Shown: positions 29,793 to 39,912 of the stretch, piece after piece | Layout: every line of letters begins with the position of its first letter | Numbering within the stretch: position 1 is the stretch's first letter | DNA from: Bacteroidota bacterium | Lineage (GTDB): Bacteria; Bacteroidota; Bacteroidia; Flavobacteriales_F; PHOS-HE28 | Assembly (NCBI GenBank): GCA_963169535.1 | Contig: CAUJED010000118.1 | Location: 22,834-86,833 of the forward strand | Direction of reading: 5' to 3' | Length of the DNA stretch: 64,000 nt | Position numbers and translations under genes: made by a program | The notes under the pieces: generated by a model | The model's database searches: none | What the model saw: the letters and a program-made list of their open reading frames with translations, nothing else | Told to the model about the DNA's origin: nothing

Positions 29793-31271
29793 ATGACGAA
29801 CACCTCGACCACCACGGGTCACCCCAAGGGATTGTACTGGCTTTTCGCCGCGGAGATGTGGGAACGCTTCTGCTACTACGGCATGCGGGCGTTGCTGCTG
29901 CTCTACCTGGTGAAGAGCCTGGCCATGGGCGACAACATGGGATTCGCGGTGTACGGGGCCTATACCGCCCTGGTCTATGTGATGCCGGTGATCGGTGGCC
30001 GGCTCGCCGACCGGATCCTGGGTTCCCGGTTGGCCGTGCTGCTCGGTGGTCTGTTGATGGCCATCGGCGAGTTCATGATCGTGGGTGGCACGGAGATGCT
30101 CCTGTTCTGGGGCATGTCGGTGATCATCGTGGGCAACGGGCTCTTCAAGCCGAACATCAGCACCATGGTGGGCAAGCTCTACCCCGATGGCGACAACCGG
30201 AAGGATAGCGGCTTCACCATCTTCTACATCGGCATCAACCTGGGCGCCCTGCTGGCCACCACGGTATGCGCCGAAGTGGGCAACATCTACGGTGCCCAGT
30301 ACGGGTTCGCGCTGGCCGGGGTGGGCATGCTGCTGGGCGTGCTGATCTTCCACCTGGGTAGCAAACACTATGGGCATGTGAGCCAGCCGCCCTCTCCCGA
30401 GACCCTCTACAAGCCCAAATACGGTCCGCTGAGCCCCTTCAGTGCCGTCATACTGCTGTGCATCGCACTGGTACCGGTGCTCTACTTCCTGTTGCGCAAC
30501 ACCACCATCGCCGGTTACGTGCTCCTGAGCGTGGCCATACTGGTGATCGGCAGTCTGATCGCGCGCGGGTTGAAGGACGGGAAAGTGCAACTGGACAAGA
30601 TGTTCGGCTTCATCATCCTGATGGTCTTCAACGTGGTGTTCTGGGCCTGTTTCGAGCAGGCGGGCAGCAGCCTCACGCTCTTCGCCGACCGTAACGTGGA
30701 TCGGATGATCGGTGGATGGGAGATGGGTGCGGCAACGACCCAGTTCTTCAACCCGGCATACATCCTGATCTTCGGTTCCCTCTTCTCCATCATGTGGGTG
30801 AAGCTCAAGCAAGCGGACCGCGACTTCAGCATCCCGATGAAGTTCGGGATGGGCATCCTCCAACTCGGATTGGGCTACCTGGTGATCCTGCTGGCGGCAC
30901 CGCTGGCCGTGGAGTACCAAGTGCCCTTGTGGACGCTTGCCCTGCTGTACATGCTGCACACCACGGGCGAGTTGTTCCTGTCGCCCATCGGCCTGAGCAT
31001 GGTGACCAAACTGGTACCGAAGGATATGACCGCCACAGCCATGGGAGCTTGGTTCCTGAGCATCGCCGGTGCGAACTACGCCGCAGGTATGCTTGCGAAA
31101 CTGACAGGTGCTGAGCATGGTGCCGGCGAGGCTGAAGTATTGGACAAGGCCGCCAGCCTGGCCACGTACGTGGACGTCTACAGCACCATGGGGTATGTGA
31201 CCGCGGGCATCGGCCTCTTCCTGATGGTGATGAGCCCGTTGATCAACAAGCTCTTCCACGGCGTACGCTAA
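29793..31271 (+). CDS. POT/PTR2 family proton-dependent oligopeptide transporter (paralogue 1)
   Basis: ExxERFxYYG motif (EMWERFCYYG), FYxxINxG (FYIGINLGA), and a 12-14 TM pattern. Confidence 0.8.
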   Translation: MTNTSTTTGHPKGLYWLFAAEMWERFCYYGMRALLLLYLVKSLAMGDNMGFAVYGAYTALVYVMPVIGGRLADRILGSRLAVLLGGLLMAIGEFMIVGGTEMLLFWGMSVIIVGNGLFKPNISTMVGKLYPDGDNRKDSGFTIFYIGINLGALLATTVCAEVGNIYGAQYGFALAGVGMLLGVLIFHLGSKHYGHVSQPPSPETLYKPKYGPLSPFSAVILLCIALVPVLYFLLRNTTIAGYVLLSVAILVIGSLIARGLKDGKVQLDKMFGFIILMVFNVVFWACFEQAGSSLTLFADRNVDRMIGGWEMGAATTQFFNPAYILIFGSLFSIMWVKLKQADRDFSIPMKFGMGILQLGLGYLVILLAAPLAVEYQVPLWTLALLYMLHTTGELFLSPIGLSMVTKLVPKDMTATAMGAWFLSIAGANYAAGMLAKLTGAEHGAGEAEVLDKAASLATYVDVYSTMGYVTAGIGLFLMVMSPLINKLFHGVR

Positions 31272-31286
31272 GCCCTCCTTCCTGTC

Positions 31287-32924
31287 ATGAGCGCAGCCCG
31301 GAAGCACCCCGCCGCCCTGCCCTTCCTGTTCCTCACCGAGATGTGGGAGCGGTTCGGGTATTACCTGATGATCGGCATCTTCCAGCTGTACCTGATGGAC
31401 CCCACGTCCAGCGGTGGATTGGCGATGGAACGCAAGGATGCGGCCGACATCTACGGCACCTTCATCGCGCTGGTGTTCCTCACCCCGTTCATCGGGGGGC
31501 TGCTGGCGGACCGCGTGCTGGGCTATACGAAGGCGATCTTCATCGGTGGCGCGTTGATGGGGCTGGGCTACATCGGGCTGGCCTTGCCGGGCATGACGGC
31601 CTTCTACACCTCGCTCGCACTGATCATCGTGGGCAACGGGTTCTTCAAGCCGAACATCAGCACCCTGCTGGGGAACCTGTACAACGACGACCAGTACCGT
31701 GCACAGAAGGACAGCGGCTACAACATCTTCTACATGGGCATCAACGTAGGGGCGGCCGTATGCAACCTCTTCGCGGCGTACATGCGCAACAAGTACGGCT
31801 GGGGCCACGCCTTCGCAACAGCCGGTGTAGGGATGTTCCTGGGGCTGCTCGTGTTCTACATCGGCCTGAAGCATTATCGCCATGCCGACGTGAAGAAACC
31901 CGTGCAGAAGGAGGACATGCCACTGACCAAGGTGTTCGGCACGGTACTACTCCCGGCCATCATCGTGGGCATGGGCGCATGGGCCATTCCCGGTAACCTG
32001 TTCGGCAGCGACAGCACCGATGCGTTCATCTTCGCCACCATCCCGGTCATCATCTTCTACGTGGGCCTGTACCTCCGTGCCAGCCTGGAGGACAAGAAGC
32101 CGCTCGTTGCGCTGCTCAGCATCTTCGCCGTGAGCATCCTGTTCTGGGCGGTGTTCAAACAGAACGGCACAGCGCTGACCACCTGGGCGCAGTACTACAC
32201 CGACCGTGAGCTGCCCGCGGCCATCGCCCCCACGGCCAACGAGCTGTTCCTGGCCGAGCGCGTGGTGAACGCGAACGACACGGTGCCGGTCTACGACAAC
32301 GAGTTCCGCTTGGTGAAGGAGGATGGGGTGGCACGGACCGAGGTGGGCAAACCCGTCTACTTCAAGAACCTCCAGCCCGAGCGTATGCCGGAGGAAGGCG
32401 GTACACTTTACCTGGGCAACACCGAACTGTTCCAAAGCATCAACCCGTTGTGGGTGATCCTGCTCACGCCGGTGGTGGTGGGCTTCTTCGCCTTTCTGCG
32501 GCGACGGGGTTTGGAGCCGAGCACGGCGAGCAAGATCGGTTGGGGGCTGCTGGTGAGCGCGCTCAGCACCCTGGTGATGGTATGGGCCGTGAGGATCTGC
32601 GACAACGGCGCGATCAAGGCCAGCAGCTGGTGGCTGATCGCCACGTACGGCGTGATCACCATCGGTGAACTGATGCTGAGCCCGATGGGCCTTTCGCTGG
32701 TGAGCAAGGTGAGCCCCAAGCGCCTCACGGCCTTGATGATGGGCGGCTGGTTCCTGAGCACGAGCATCGGCAACAAACTGAGCGGTGTACTGGCCAGCCT
32801 GTGGGACACCTACACCGACAAGGCCGACTTCTTCTGGGTGAACTTCGCCCTATTGATGACGGCCACCCTGATCATGTTCGCCATGCTGCGCTGGCTGAAC
32901 CGCATCATCCCCGAACAGCGCTAA
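31287..32924 (+). CDS. POT/PTR2 family oligopeptide transporter (paralogue 2, with large extracellular insert)
   Basis: EMWERFGYY and FYMGINVGA motifs. It has a ~120-aa hydrophilic insert between the helix bundles. Confidence 0.8.
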   Translation: MSAARKHPAALPFLFLTEMWERFGYYLMIGIFQLYLMDPTSSGGLAMERKDAADIYGTFIALVFLTPFIGGLLADRVLGYTKAIFIGGALMGLGYIGLALPGMTAFYTSLALIIVGNGFFKPNISTLLGNLYNDDQYRAQKDSGYNIFYMGINVGAAVCNLFAAYMRNKYGWGHAFATAGVGMFLGLLVFYIGLKHYRHADVKKPVQKEDMPLTKVFGTVLLPAIIVGMGAWAIPGNLFGSDSTDAFIFATIPVIIFYVGLYLRASLEDKKPLVALLSIFAVSILFWAVFKQNGTALTTWAQYYTDRELPAAIAPTANELFLAERVVNANDTVPVYDNEFRLVKEDGVARTEVGKPVYFKNLQPERMPEEGGTLYLGNTELFQSINPLWVILLTPVVVGFFAFLRRRGLEPSTASKIGWGLLVSALSTLVMVWAVRICDNGAIKASSWWLIATYGVITIGELMLSPMGLSLVSKVSPKRLTALMMGGWFLSTSIGNKLSGVLASLWDTYTDKADFFWVNFALLMTATLIMFAMLRWLNRIIPEQR

Positions 32925-32938
32925 CGCCGCCCCACGCA

Positions 32939-34426
32939 ACCATGGAACGTACCCCCACCCTGCAGGAGATCCGCGACTTCAAAGGAACCTACCCGAAGCA
33001 GCTGCTCCACCTCTTTGGCACCGAGATGTGGGAGCGGTTCTGCTTCTACGGCCTGCGCGGCATGCTGGCGGTGTTCATGGTCACCGAGCTGGGCCTGGCC
33101 GAAAAGGCGGCCAACCTGCAGTACGGGGCCATCCAAGCCTTCGTATACGCCTTCACCTTTCTCGGCGGCGTGTTCGCCGACAAGATCCTCGGCTTCCAGA
33201 AGTCGCTCGTCTGGGGCGCCGCGCTGATGATCATCGGCGGCTTCGTGATCGCTGCCGCCCCCAAGGACTTCTTCTACCTCGGCATCTGCTTCAACATCAT
33301 CGGCACCGGATTCTTCAAGCCGAACATCAGCACCATGGTGGGCCAACTCTACCACGAGGGCGATGCGCGACGCGATGCCGGTTTCGGCCTGTTCTACATG
33401 GGCATCAACATCGGCGCCTTCCTGGGTGGTCTGCTGATGGTGTATGTGGGCAAGGAACACTCCTGGCGCGCCGCCTTCGCCCTGGTGGGTGTGGTGATGA
33501 TCATCAGCCTGATCAACTTCTTCTTCCGTCGCAAGAGCCTGGGACCCATCGGGCTGTCACCGCTTAGCCCGAACATGCCTGCGAACAAGCGCAAGCTGTA
33601 CGAATGGGGCACCTACCTGGGTTCACTGGCCGTGATCCCGTTCATCCTGTTGATGGTGACCAACACCGCGTACACCGACCTGTTCATGTACATCGTGGGG
33701 CCGCTGACGCTGATCTACCTGGCTTGGGAGATGCGCACCTTCAGCCGGGCGGAGAACCTGAAGCTGGGCGCGGCCCTGATCTTCATCTTCTTCAGCGTGT
33801 TCTTCTGGGCCTTCTTCGAGCAGAGTGGGGGCAGCCTGAGCCTCTTCGCCTTGAACAACCTGCGCCCAAGCCTATTCGGCTTCTCGGTGGACACCAACAG
33901 CGTGAACAACGCGGCCAACTCGCTCTTCGTGATCGCCTTCAGTGCGTTGGCAGGCCTGTTCTGGCTGTGGCTGAGCAAGCGCAAAGCCGAACCGAACAGC
34001 GTGGTGAAGTTCGGCCTGGGCTTCGTATTCCTGGCCGGGGGCTTCTACATCTTCAAGAGCACTCTGGGCCTGGCCGATGAGAACGGCATCACCAGCACGG
34101 AGGTGTTCACCTTCGCCTGGTTCGTGATCACCTTCGGCGAACTGTGCCTATCGCCCATCGGCCTGTCGTTGATGACCAAGCTGAGCCCTGTGCGCATCCA
34201 AGGCCTGATGATGGGCATGTGGTTCCTGGCCAGTGCTTACGGGCAGTACGCCGCCGGGCTGCTGGGCGCGGGCATGAGCGCCGAGGACCCCAACGCCAGC
34301 AACTACGATAAGTTGGTGCTGTACACCGAGGGTTACGGCCAACTGGGTCTCTACGCCCTCATCGCCGGTGGAGCCTTGATCCTGCTGTCGCCGCTGGTGC
34401 GAAGAATGATGCAGGAAGTGAAATGA
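32939..34426 (+). CDS. POT/PTR2 family oligopeptide transporter (paralogue 3)
   Basis: EMWERFCFYG and FYMGINIGA motifs. The start is at MERTPTLQEI (internal Met of the tracked ORF). Confidence 0.8.
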   Translation, partial: TMERTPTLQEIRDFKGTYPKQLLHLFGTEMWERFCFYGLRGMLAVFMVTELGLAEKAANLQYGAIQAFVYAFTFLGGVFADKILGFQKSLVWGAALMIIGGFVIAAAPKDFFYLGICFNIIGTGFFKPNISTMVGQLYHEGDARRDAGFGLFYMGINIGAFLGGLLMVYVGKEHSWRAAFALVGVVMIISLINFFFRRKSLGPIGLSPLSPNMPANKRKLYEWGTYLGSLAVIPFILLMVTNTAYTDLFMYIVGPLTLIYLAWEMRTFSRAENLKLGAALIFIFFSVFFWAFFEQSGGSLSLFALNNLRPSLFGFSVDTNSVNNAANSLFVIAFSALAGLFWLWLSKRKAEPNSVVKFGLGFVFLAGGFYIFKSTLGLADENGITSTEVFTFAWFVITFGELCLSPIGLSLMTKLSPVRIQGLMMGMWFLASAYGQYAAGLLGAGMSAEDPNASNYDKLVLYTEGYGQLGLYALIAGGALILLSPLVRRMMQEVK

Positions 34427-34477
34427 CCATTAACCCGGCACGGTCGTTGTAGCTTACGCCCGCATCCTTCCCTACCC

Positions 34478-35047
34478 ATGCGCACCCTCCTGCTCAGCCT
34501 GGCCTTCGCCCCCCTGTACCTGGCCGCACAGACCCCCGCCTCCACCGAAGCGAAAGGCGGCATCCACTGGCTCACCATCGAAGAGGCCCAGGCCCAGGCG
34601 AAGAAAGCGCCCAAGCCGCTGATGATCGATGTGTACACCACCTGGTGCGGCCCCTGTAAGATGTTGGACGCGAAGACCTTCCACGACCCGCGCTTGGCCG
34701 AGTACGTGAACAAGAACTTCTACCCCGTTAAGTTCAACGCCGAGAGCGGCGCACCGGTCACCTTCAAAGGACAGAAGTTGGAGAACCCCGAGTTCAACCC
34801 CAGCCAAGTGGGGGGGCGCAACGGTACGCACCAGCTCACCTACATGATCGCCAATGTGCAAGGGCGCATCGCCTACCCCACCGTGGTGTACCTGGATAGC
34901 GACCTGAACGTGCTGGCACCGGTGCAAGGGTACATGACCCCGGACCAGATGGAGCCCATCCTGCACTTCTTTGGGGGCGGCCATTACAAGGCGAAGGACT
35001 ACCAGACCTTCATGGGCGATTTCAAGCCCAAGTGGGGGGCTCAGTGA
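34478..35047 (+). CDS. Thioredoxin-fold protein (secreted, CxxC)
   Basis: Signal peptide, and a WCGPC active site within TTWCGPCKMLD. Confidence 0.65.
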   Translation: MRTLLLSLAFAPLYLAAQTPASTEAKGGIHWLTIEEAQAQAKKAPKPLMIDVYTTWCGPCKMLDAKTFHDPRLAEYVNKNFYPVKFNAESGAPVTFKGQKLENPEFNPSQVGGRNGTHQLTYMIANVQGRIAYPTVVYLDSDLNVLAPVQGYMTPDQMEPILHFFGGGHYKAKDYQTFMGDFKPKWGAQ

Positions 35048-35272
35048 GTTGGGCCGCAAGACCCGGGATCGCGTGAGTCGTCCTGCCGTGATGGGGCCGC
35101 AGGTCCTTTCCGAACACACGCCACCACGACCTCCCGACCGGTTTTCCACGATCAGGAAGGGCCCGAAGACCGCAGGTTTAGCCACTTCTTTGAACATCAC
35201 CTAAGCGGGGTATGTTCTTTGCTACCTTAGCGGCCGTTCCAAAAGACCCCCCCCTCAAGACCCCGTTGGCAG

Positions 35273-36562
35273 ATGAGCGAGAAGGCGCAGATCATCCTGG
35301 ATGGCAAGACGTACGAGTTTCCTGTGACCGTTGGCAGCGAAGGCGAAAAGGCCATCGACATCAGCAAGCTTCGTGACCAGACGGGTTACATCACCCTGGA
35401 CTTCGGCTACAAGAACACAGGAGCCACCACCAGTGCCATCACCTTCTTGGATGGCGAAGAAGGCATCCTGCGGTACCGGGGGTACCCCATCGAACAATTG
35501 GCCGAGCGTTCGAGCTTCTTGGAGGTGGCCTACCTGCTGCTCTTCAGCGAATTGCCCACGGCGAAGGAGCTGACCGACTTCGAGAACCAGATCCGTTACC
35601 ACAGCCTGGTACACGAGGACATGAAGCACTTCTTCGAGTTCTTCCCGAGCAACGCCCACCCCATGGGTATCCTCTCGGCGATGGTGAACTCGCTGAGCAC
35701 CTTCTATCCGAAGAGCCAGGATCCGCACCGGTCCATGAACGACCAGATGCGTACCGTGATCCGCCTGATCGCCAAGATGCCCACCCTGGCGGCCATCAGC
35801 TACAAGAACAACCTGGGGCACCCGTACATGTACCCGGACAACAAGCTGGGCTACGTGGAGAACTTCCTGCACATGATGTACGGCCTGCCCACCGAGCCCT
35901 ACAAGGCCGATCCGGTGGTGGTGGACGCGCTGAACAAGCTGCTGATCCTGCATGCGGACCATGAGCAGAACTGCAGCGCCAGCACCGTACGCATGGTGGG
36001 TAGCAGCCAGGCCAACCTGTACAGCGCGGTGAGCGCGGGCATCGCGGCCCTCTGGGGCCCCCTGCACGGCGGTGCCAACCAGGAGGTGATCGAGATGCTG
36101 GAGACCATCCGCAACGATGGCGGCGACATCCAGAAGTGGGTGAACAAGGCCAAGGACAAGAACGATCCGTTCCGCCTCTTCGGTTTCGGCCATCGGGTGT
36201 ACAAGAACTTCGATCCCCGGGCCACCATCATCAAGAAGGCGTGCGACGATGTGCTGAAGAAGCTCGGGGTGAACGACCCGGTATTGGACATCGCCCGTCA
36301 GTTGGAGGAGATCGCGTTGAAGGATGACTACTTCATCGAGCGCAAGCTGTACCCCAACGTGGACTTCTACAGCGGCATCATCTACCGCGCCATCGGCATC
36401 CCCACCCGCATGTTCACGGTGATGTTCGCCCTGGGCCGCCTGCCGGGCTGGGTGGCACAATGGAAGGAGATGGTGCAGAACAAGGAGCCCATCGGCCGTC
36501 CGCGCCAGATCTACACCGGCGCCACCAAGCGCGACTATGTGGACCTGAAGGACCGCGGCTGA
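35273..36562 (+). CDS. gltA: Citrate synthase
   Basis: 429 aa with a canonical type II citrate synthase core (GYGHRVYKNFDPRA, catalytic His/Asp context). Confidence 0.9.
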   Translation: MSEKAQIILDGKTYEFPVTVGSEGEKAIDISKLRDQTGYITLDFGYKNTGATTSAITFLDGEEGILRYRGYPIEQLAERSSFLEVAYLLLFSELPTAKELTDFENQIRYHSLVHEDMKHFFEFFPSNAHPMGILSAMVNSLSTFYPKSQDPHRSMNDQMRTVIRLIAKMPTLAAISYKNNLGHPYMYPDNKLGYVENFLHMMYGLPTEPYKADPVVVDALNKLLILHADHEQNCSASTVRMVGSSQANLYSAVSAGIAALWGPLHGGANQEVIEMLETIRNDGGDIQKWVNKAKDKNDPFRLFGFGHRVYKNFDPRATIIKKACDDVLKKLGVNDPVLDIARQLEEIALKDDYFIERKLYPNVDFYSGIIYRAIGIPTRMFTVMFALGRLPGWVAQWKEMVQNKEPIGRPRQIYTGATKRDYVDLKDRG

Positions 36563-36776
36563 GCGATCCGCCGATCAACAGCAAGGGGTGCCGGGGTCAA
36601 ACGACCGAGGCACCCCTTGTGGCTTGATGACGCCCGTGGGCCTCCGATAGGGCCCCACGCCGCTGGAACAAACCCGGCGGCACTGCTCCCGGACCACGGC
36701 CTCACCCCAGATGCTGGTCACGCTCCTCTTCCACGGAAGCGTTTACCTTCGCACGGACGAATCCGAACGCATCATC

Positions 36777-36998
36777 ATGAAAAAGCTCATCGGTCTTGGC
36801 CTGTGGTTGCTGGCCCTGCTCATCCCCTTCCGCTTCGCGATCCTTGACACCGAGGACCTGCTGCAACCGGATGGCTCGATCAACAACATGAAAGGCCTGA
36901 TCAGCTTCCTGGTGATGATCGCGTTGATCTTCACCGGATACGCCCTGGTGGATTCGGCCGACGCGAGGCCCAGCGGATCCGACGCCGCCAAGCACTGA
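36777..36998 (+). CDS. Small hypothetical membrane protein (2 TM)
   Basis: An ORF of about 73 aa (MKKLIGLGLWLLALLIPFRF...) with two hydrophobic helices. No family recognised. Confidence 0.3.
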   Translation: MKKLIGLGLWLLALLIPFRFAILDTEDLLQPDGSINNMKGLISFLVMIALIFTGYALVDSADARPSGSDAAKH

Positions 36999-37022
36999 CC
37001 CCGACCCCAGAACAGGCCGACC

Positions 37023-37841
37023 ATGGCCCACGTCCTGATCGCCACCGACATGAGCGCCAACGCGCTCAACGCCGCCATCTATGGCATCCGGCTCTATGGC
37101 ACGGAAGGCAACCGGTTCACGTTGTTGAACACGTTCCGTTCACCGCCCACGAGCACGGACCTGCCGGTGATGCCCGACCCCACGGCACAGCTCTCCGTGG
37201 AGGGTCTCGAAAGCTTCGCGGGGCAACTGCTGGAACAGCTGCCCGAACCCACGCCGGACCTGGCCACCATCTCGGCCTACGGGGCGTTGAGCCAGGTGCT
37301 CCAGGAGATGTGCGAAGGCCCTGAGCCACCGGACCTGGTGGTGATGGGCACACATGGCACGTCGGGCTTGGAGCGGCTATTGATGGGCAGTACCACCGCC
37401 TCGGTGATCCGCAACGTGGCCCTTCCCGTGCTGGCGGTACCTGCCGCGGCAAGCTATCAGGATCCGGAACGGATCGTCCTGGCCGATGATGGTGGCCCGG
37501 TGGACCGCAGTACCTTGAAAGTGCTGTTGGACATCGCACGTTGGTCGCGCTCCGAAGTGATGATCGTGCACGTGGTACCCGAAGGGCGCGACGCGGAAGA
37601 GACCTTCGGTGGCGAATACGACAAGTTGCTCGGTGCCATACCCCACACCTTCCACAGTGTGAGCGGCGACGATGTGATGGTTGCGTTGAACGACCTGGCG
37701 AACCAGCGCGACACGGACCTGGCCGTGGTGGTGCACCGGCATCGCGGGCGCATCGAGCAGCTCTTCCACCGCAGTGTTTCCACGGAACTGGCGTTGCACA
37801 CGCACACCCCGCTGCTGATCCTTCAGCAAGCCAGCCATTGA
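37023..37841 (+). CDS. Universal stress protein (tandem UspA domains)
   Basis: Two Usp-like halves, each ending in a G-x2-G-x9-G(S/T) ATP-binding-like motif (VMGTHGTSGLERLLMGSTT). Confidence 0.65.
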   Translation: MAHVLIATDMSANALNAAIYGIRLYGTEGNRFTLLNTFRSPPTSTDLPVMPDPTAQLSVEGLESFAGQLLEQLPEPTPDLATISAYGALSQVLQEMCEGPEPPDLVVMGTHGTSGLERLLMGSTTASVIRNVALPVLAVPAAASYQDPERIVLADDGGPVDRSTLKVLLDIARWSRSEVMIVHVVPEGRDAEETFGGEYDKLLGAIPHTFHSVSGDDVMVALNDLANQRDTDLAVVVHRHRGRIEQLFHRSVSTELALHTHTPLLILQQASH

Positions 37842-37849
37842 GCGCGCTG

Positions 37850-38944
37850 ATGCGTGGAGGATTACCGCTCTTCAGCTTCAAGGGGATCAAGGTGTTCCTG
37901 CACTGGACCTTCGCCCTGTTGCCGGCCTATATCGCCATCATGGGGGTGTCCGATGGCGGTTCCTGGCACGACATCCTCACCGAGATCGGCTACGTGCTCA
38001 TCGTGTTCGCTTGCGTGGTGCTGCACGAATTCGGCCATGCCCTCACCGCCCAGCGATTCGGGGTGCGCACACGCGACATCACCATACTTCCGATCGGCGG
38101 TGTGGCCAGCCTGGAGCGCATGCCCGAGGATCCGAAACAGGAGTTCTGGATCACCGTGGCGGGCCCGATGGTCAACCTGGTTATCGCCGGCATCGCCTTC
38201 ATCGCCCTGGCCACCTCCGGCGTGGACTTGCTCACCACCGATCTGCTCAACGACCTGGAAGGCTGGACCGGCCTGCTCACCTTCCTCCTGGCGGCCAACC
38301 TCAGCCTGTTCCTCTTCAACCTCATCCCCGCCTTCCCCATGGACGGTGGGCGCATCCTCCGTTCTGCTCTGGGGATGTGGCTGCCACGCGAGAAAGCCAC
38401 GCGCATCGCCACCTCGATCGGTCGCGTACTGGCCCTATGCTTCGTGGTCTACGGTCTGTACAGTGGCGCCTTCACTCTGGCGATCATCGGCGTGTTCATC
38501 TTCATGGCGGCCGGCAGCGAAGCACGCATGGTGCAGCAGAAAGCCAATGTGTTGGCCTTGCGCGTGGGCCAATGTGTTCGAAGGGATCTCATCCGGATGG
38601 CTCCCTCGGCCACCGTACAGGATGCATGGAACGCCATGACCTTGGTTGACCACCACGTGGTGGTAGTAGTGGACCAAGGGCTGTACCGCGGTCTGGTACT
38701 GAAAGAGGACCTGCGCGCGGCCCTGGCACAAGGATCGGCCACGGCACCCATCGCACATCTGACACAGCATGTGCCGAGCGTGGAACCGGAGCAACCGGCC
38801 ATGGTCGCTTATCAACGCATGGTCCACGAAGGCCATGGGGCCATGGTCTCGACCGATCAGATCCACGGGCTCGGTGTGGTGCTACGCCTGGACCTGGAGA
38901 AAGCCCTGGGGGCGATCGGCCCGACGGCTCCGGCACCACGGTGA
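37850..38944 (+). CDS. Site-2 protease family (M50) zinc metalloprotease with C-terminal CBS pair
   Basis: HExxH (VVLHEFGHAL), multiple TM helices, and a C-terminal CBS-like region. The start is at MRGGLPLF (ATG at 37850), 9 nt after the USP stop. Confidence 0.7.
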   Translation: MRGGLPLFSFKGIKVFLHWTFALLPAYIAIMGVSDGGSWHDILTEIGYVLIVFACVVLHEFGHALTAQRFGVRTRDITILPIGGVASLERMPEDPKQEFWITVAGPMVNLVIAGIAFIALATSGVDLLTTDLLNDLEGWTGLLTFLLAANLSLFLFNLIPAFPMDGGRILRSALGMWLPREKATRIATSIGRVLALCFVVYGLYSGAFTLAIIGVFIFMAAGSEARMVQQKANVLALRVGQCVRRDLIRMAPSATVQDAWNAMTLVDHHVVVVVDQGLYRGLVLKEDLRAALAQGSATAPIAHLTQHVPSVEPEQPAMVAYQRMVHEGHGAMVSTDQIHGLGVVLRLDLEKALGAIGPTAPAPR

Positions 38945-38971
38945 ACACGGGTGGCCCGCGGTGTTCCGGTC

Positions 38972-39874
38972 CTACTCCACCGGCTTCTTCTTCGGGTCGT
39001 ACAGGGTGAACACACGGGAGATGTTGAATCCGAAATGGATATCACCATCGCCCCATCTTCCGGTGGTCTCCGTGATATAGGCTCGCTCGAACATGCCGGT
39101 GCTGTTGGTGAAATGCAGCTGGAAGACGTGTCCGCCGGTCTCGATATCGAAACCCACCGAGAGTGAATTGGTGAACAGCGGCACATCGTCGCGCATCACG
39201 TGGAAGTACTCCCCATTGATGGCGAGTCGTTTGGACAACTTGGCCCGTGCTCCGACACCAACATGGAACAGGTCGTTCGGATCGTCCGCTGCCTCCACCA
39301 GGTTACGGTGTACCACCCCGGGTGTGACCTGCATGGAGAACCCGTCGCTGAACTTCCGCCCCACCACCATCTGCCAGGAATAGGTAAGCCGGTGCGTGAA
39401 GTGGTCTTCGCGCCCCGGGCCGTACCACGGCACCTCGGTGGCCCGCGCCGTGGTGAGTGACGAGGCCGCCACGACCGCCAGGGTGATGGGCATGCCACAC
39501 CCCTCATCGCACTGCCTCAGCACCTTGAACTTGGCGAACCCGTCCACGGTCTTCTGGTATCCGCTGCGTCCCACGCCCACCATCAACCGATCGGTGATGC
39601 CCATGTCCACGCCAAGGCGCACATCGGCATTGTCCAGACCGAAGAACTCGTTCACCCCACCGCTCAGGAAACCGAACCGGTGGTTGATGCGCATGTCCAA
39701 CACCCCGGCCGCCGTGTTCTCCAGGCTATGTCCGTTGATGACACGCGACGTCTTGAAGCTCGCATTGGTGTGAACCACGCTGGTTTCCGTGGCACCCAGC
39801 AACTCCAGCAGATCCTCTTGGGCACAAGCCGGAGCGGCAAACAGGACGGAGGTGAACAGCAGGCATCGGTTCAT
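38972..39874 (-). CDS. Putative outer-membrane beta-barrel protein
   Basis: Signal peptide (MNRCLLFTSVLFAAPACAQ). Alternating amphipathic beta-strand pattern, and a C-terminal aromatic-rich region. Confidence 0.4.
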   Translation of the reverse strand: MNRCLLFTSVLFAAPACAQEDLLELLGATETSVVHTNASFKTSRVINGHSLENTAAGVLDMRINHRFGFLSGGVNEFFGLDNADVRLGVDMGITDRLMVGVGRSGYQKTVDGFAKFKVLRQCDEGCGMPITLAVVAASSLTTARATEVPWYGPGREDHFTHRLTYSWQMVVGRKFSDGFSMQVTPGVVHRNLVEAADDPNDLFHVGVGARAKLSKRLAINGEYFHVMRDDVPLFTNSLSVGFDIETGGHVFQLHFTNSTGMFERAYITETTGRWGDGDIHFGFNISRVFTLYDPKKKPVE

Positions 39875-39912
39875 GCGCAAGGAAAAGAAAGGCGAGGATC
39901 CACGCACGTGTC

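Noticed and set aside
29538-31883. 781-aa ORF on the minus strand
   Set aside because: It is antisense to two POT transporter genes that carry unmistakable family motifs. The translated sequence is low-complexity His/Gly/Arg/Asp-rich. This is a typical high-GC antisense artefact.
35180-35272. Candidate Bacteroidota-type promoter (TTG …TAnnTTTG) upstream of gltA
   Set aside because: A TTG and a TATGTTCTTTG stretch are present, but they do not fit the TAnnTTTG -7 consensus cleanly. Not reported as a feature.
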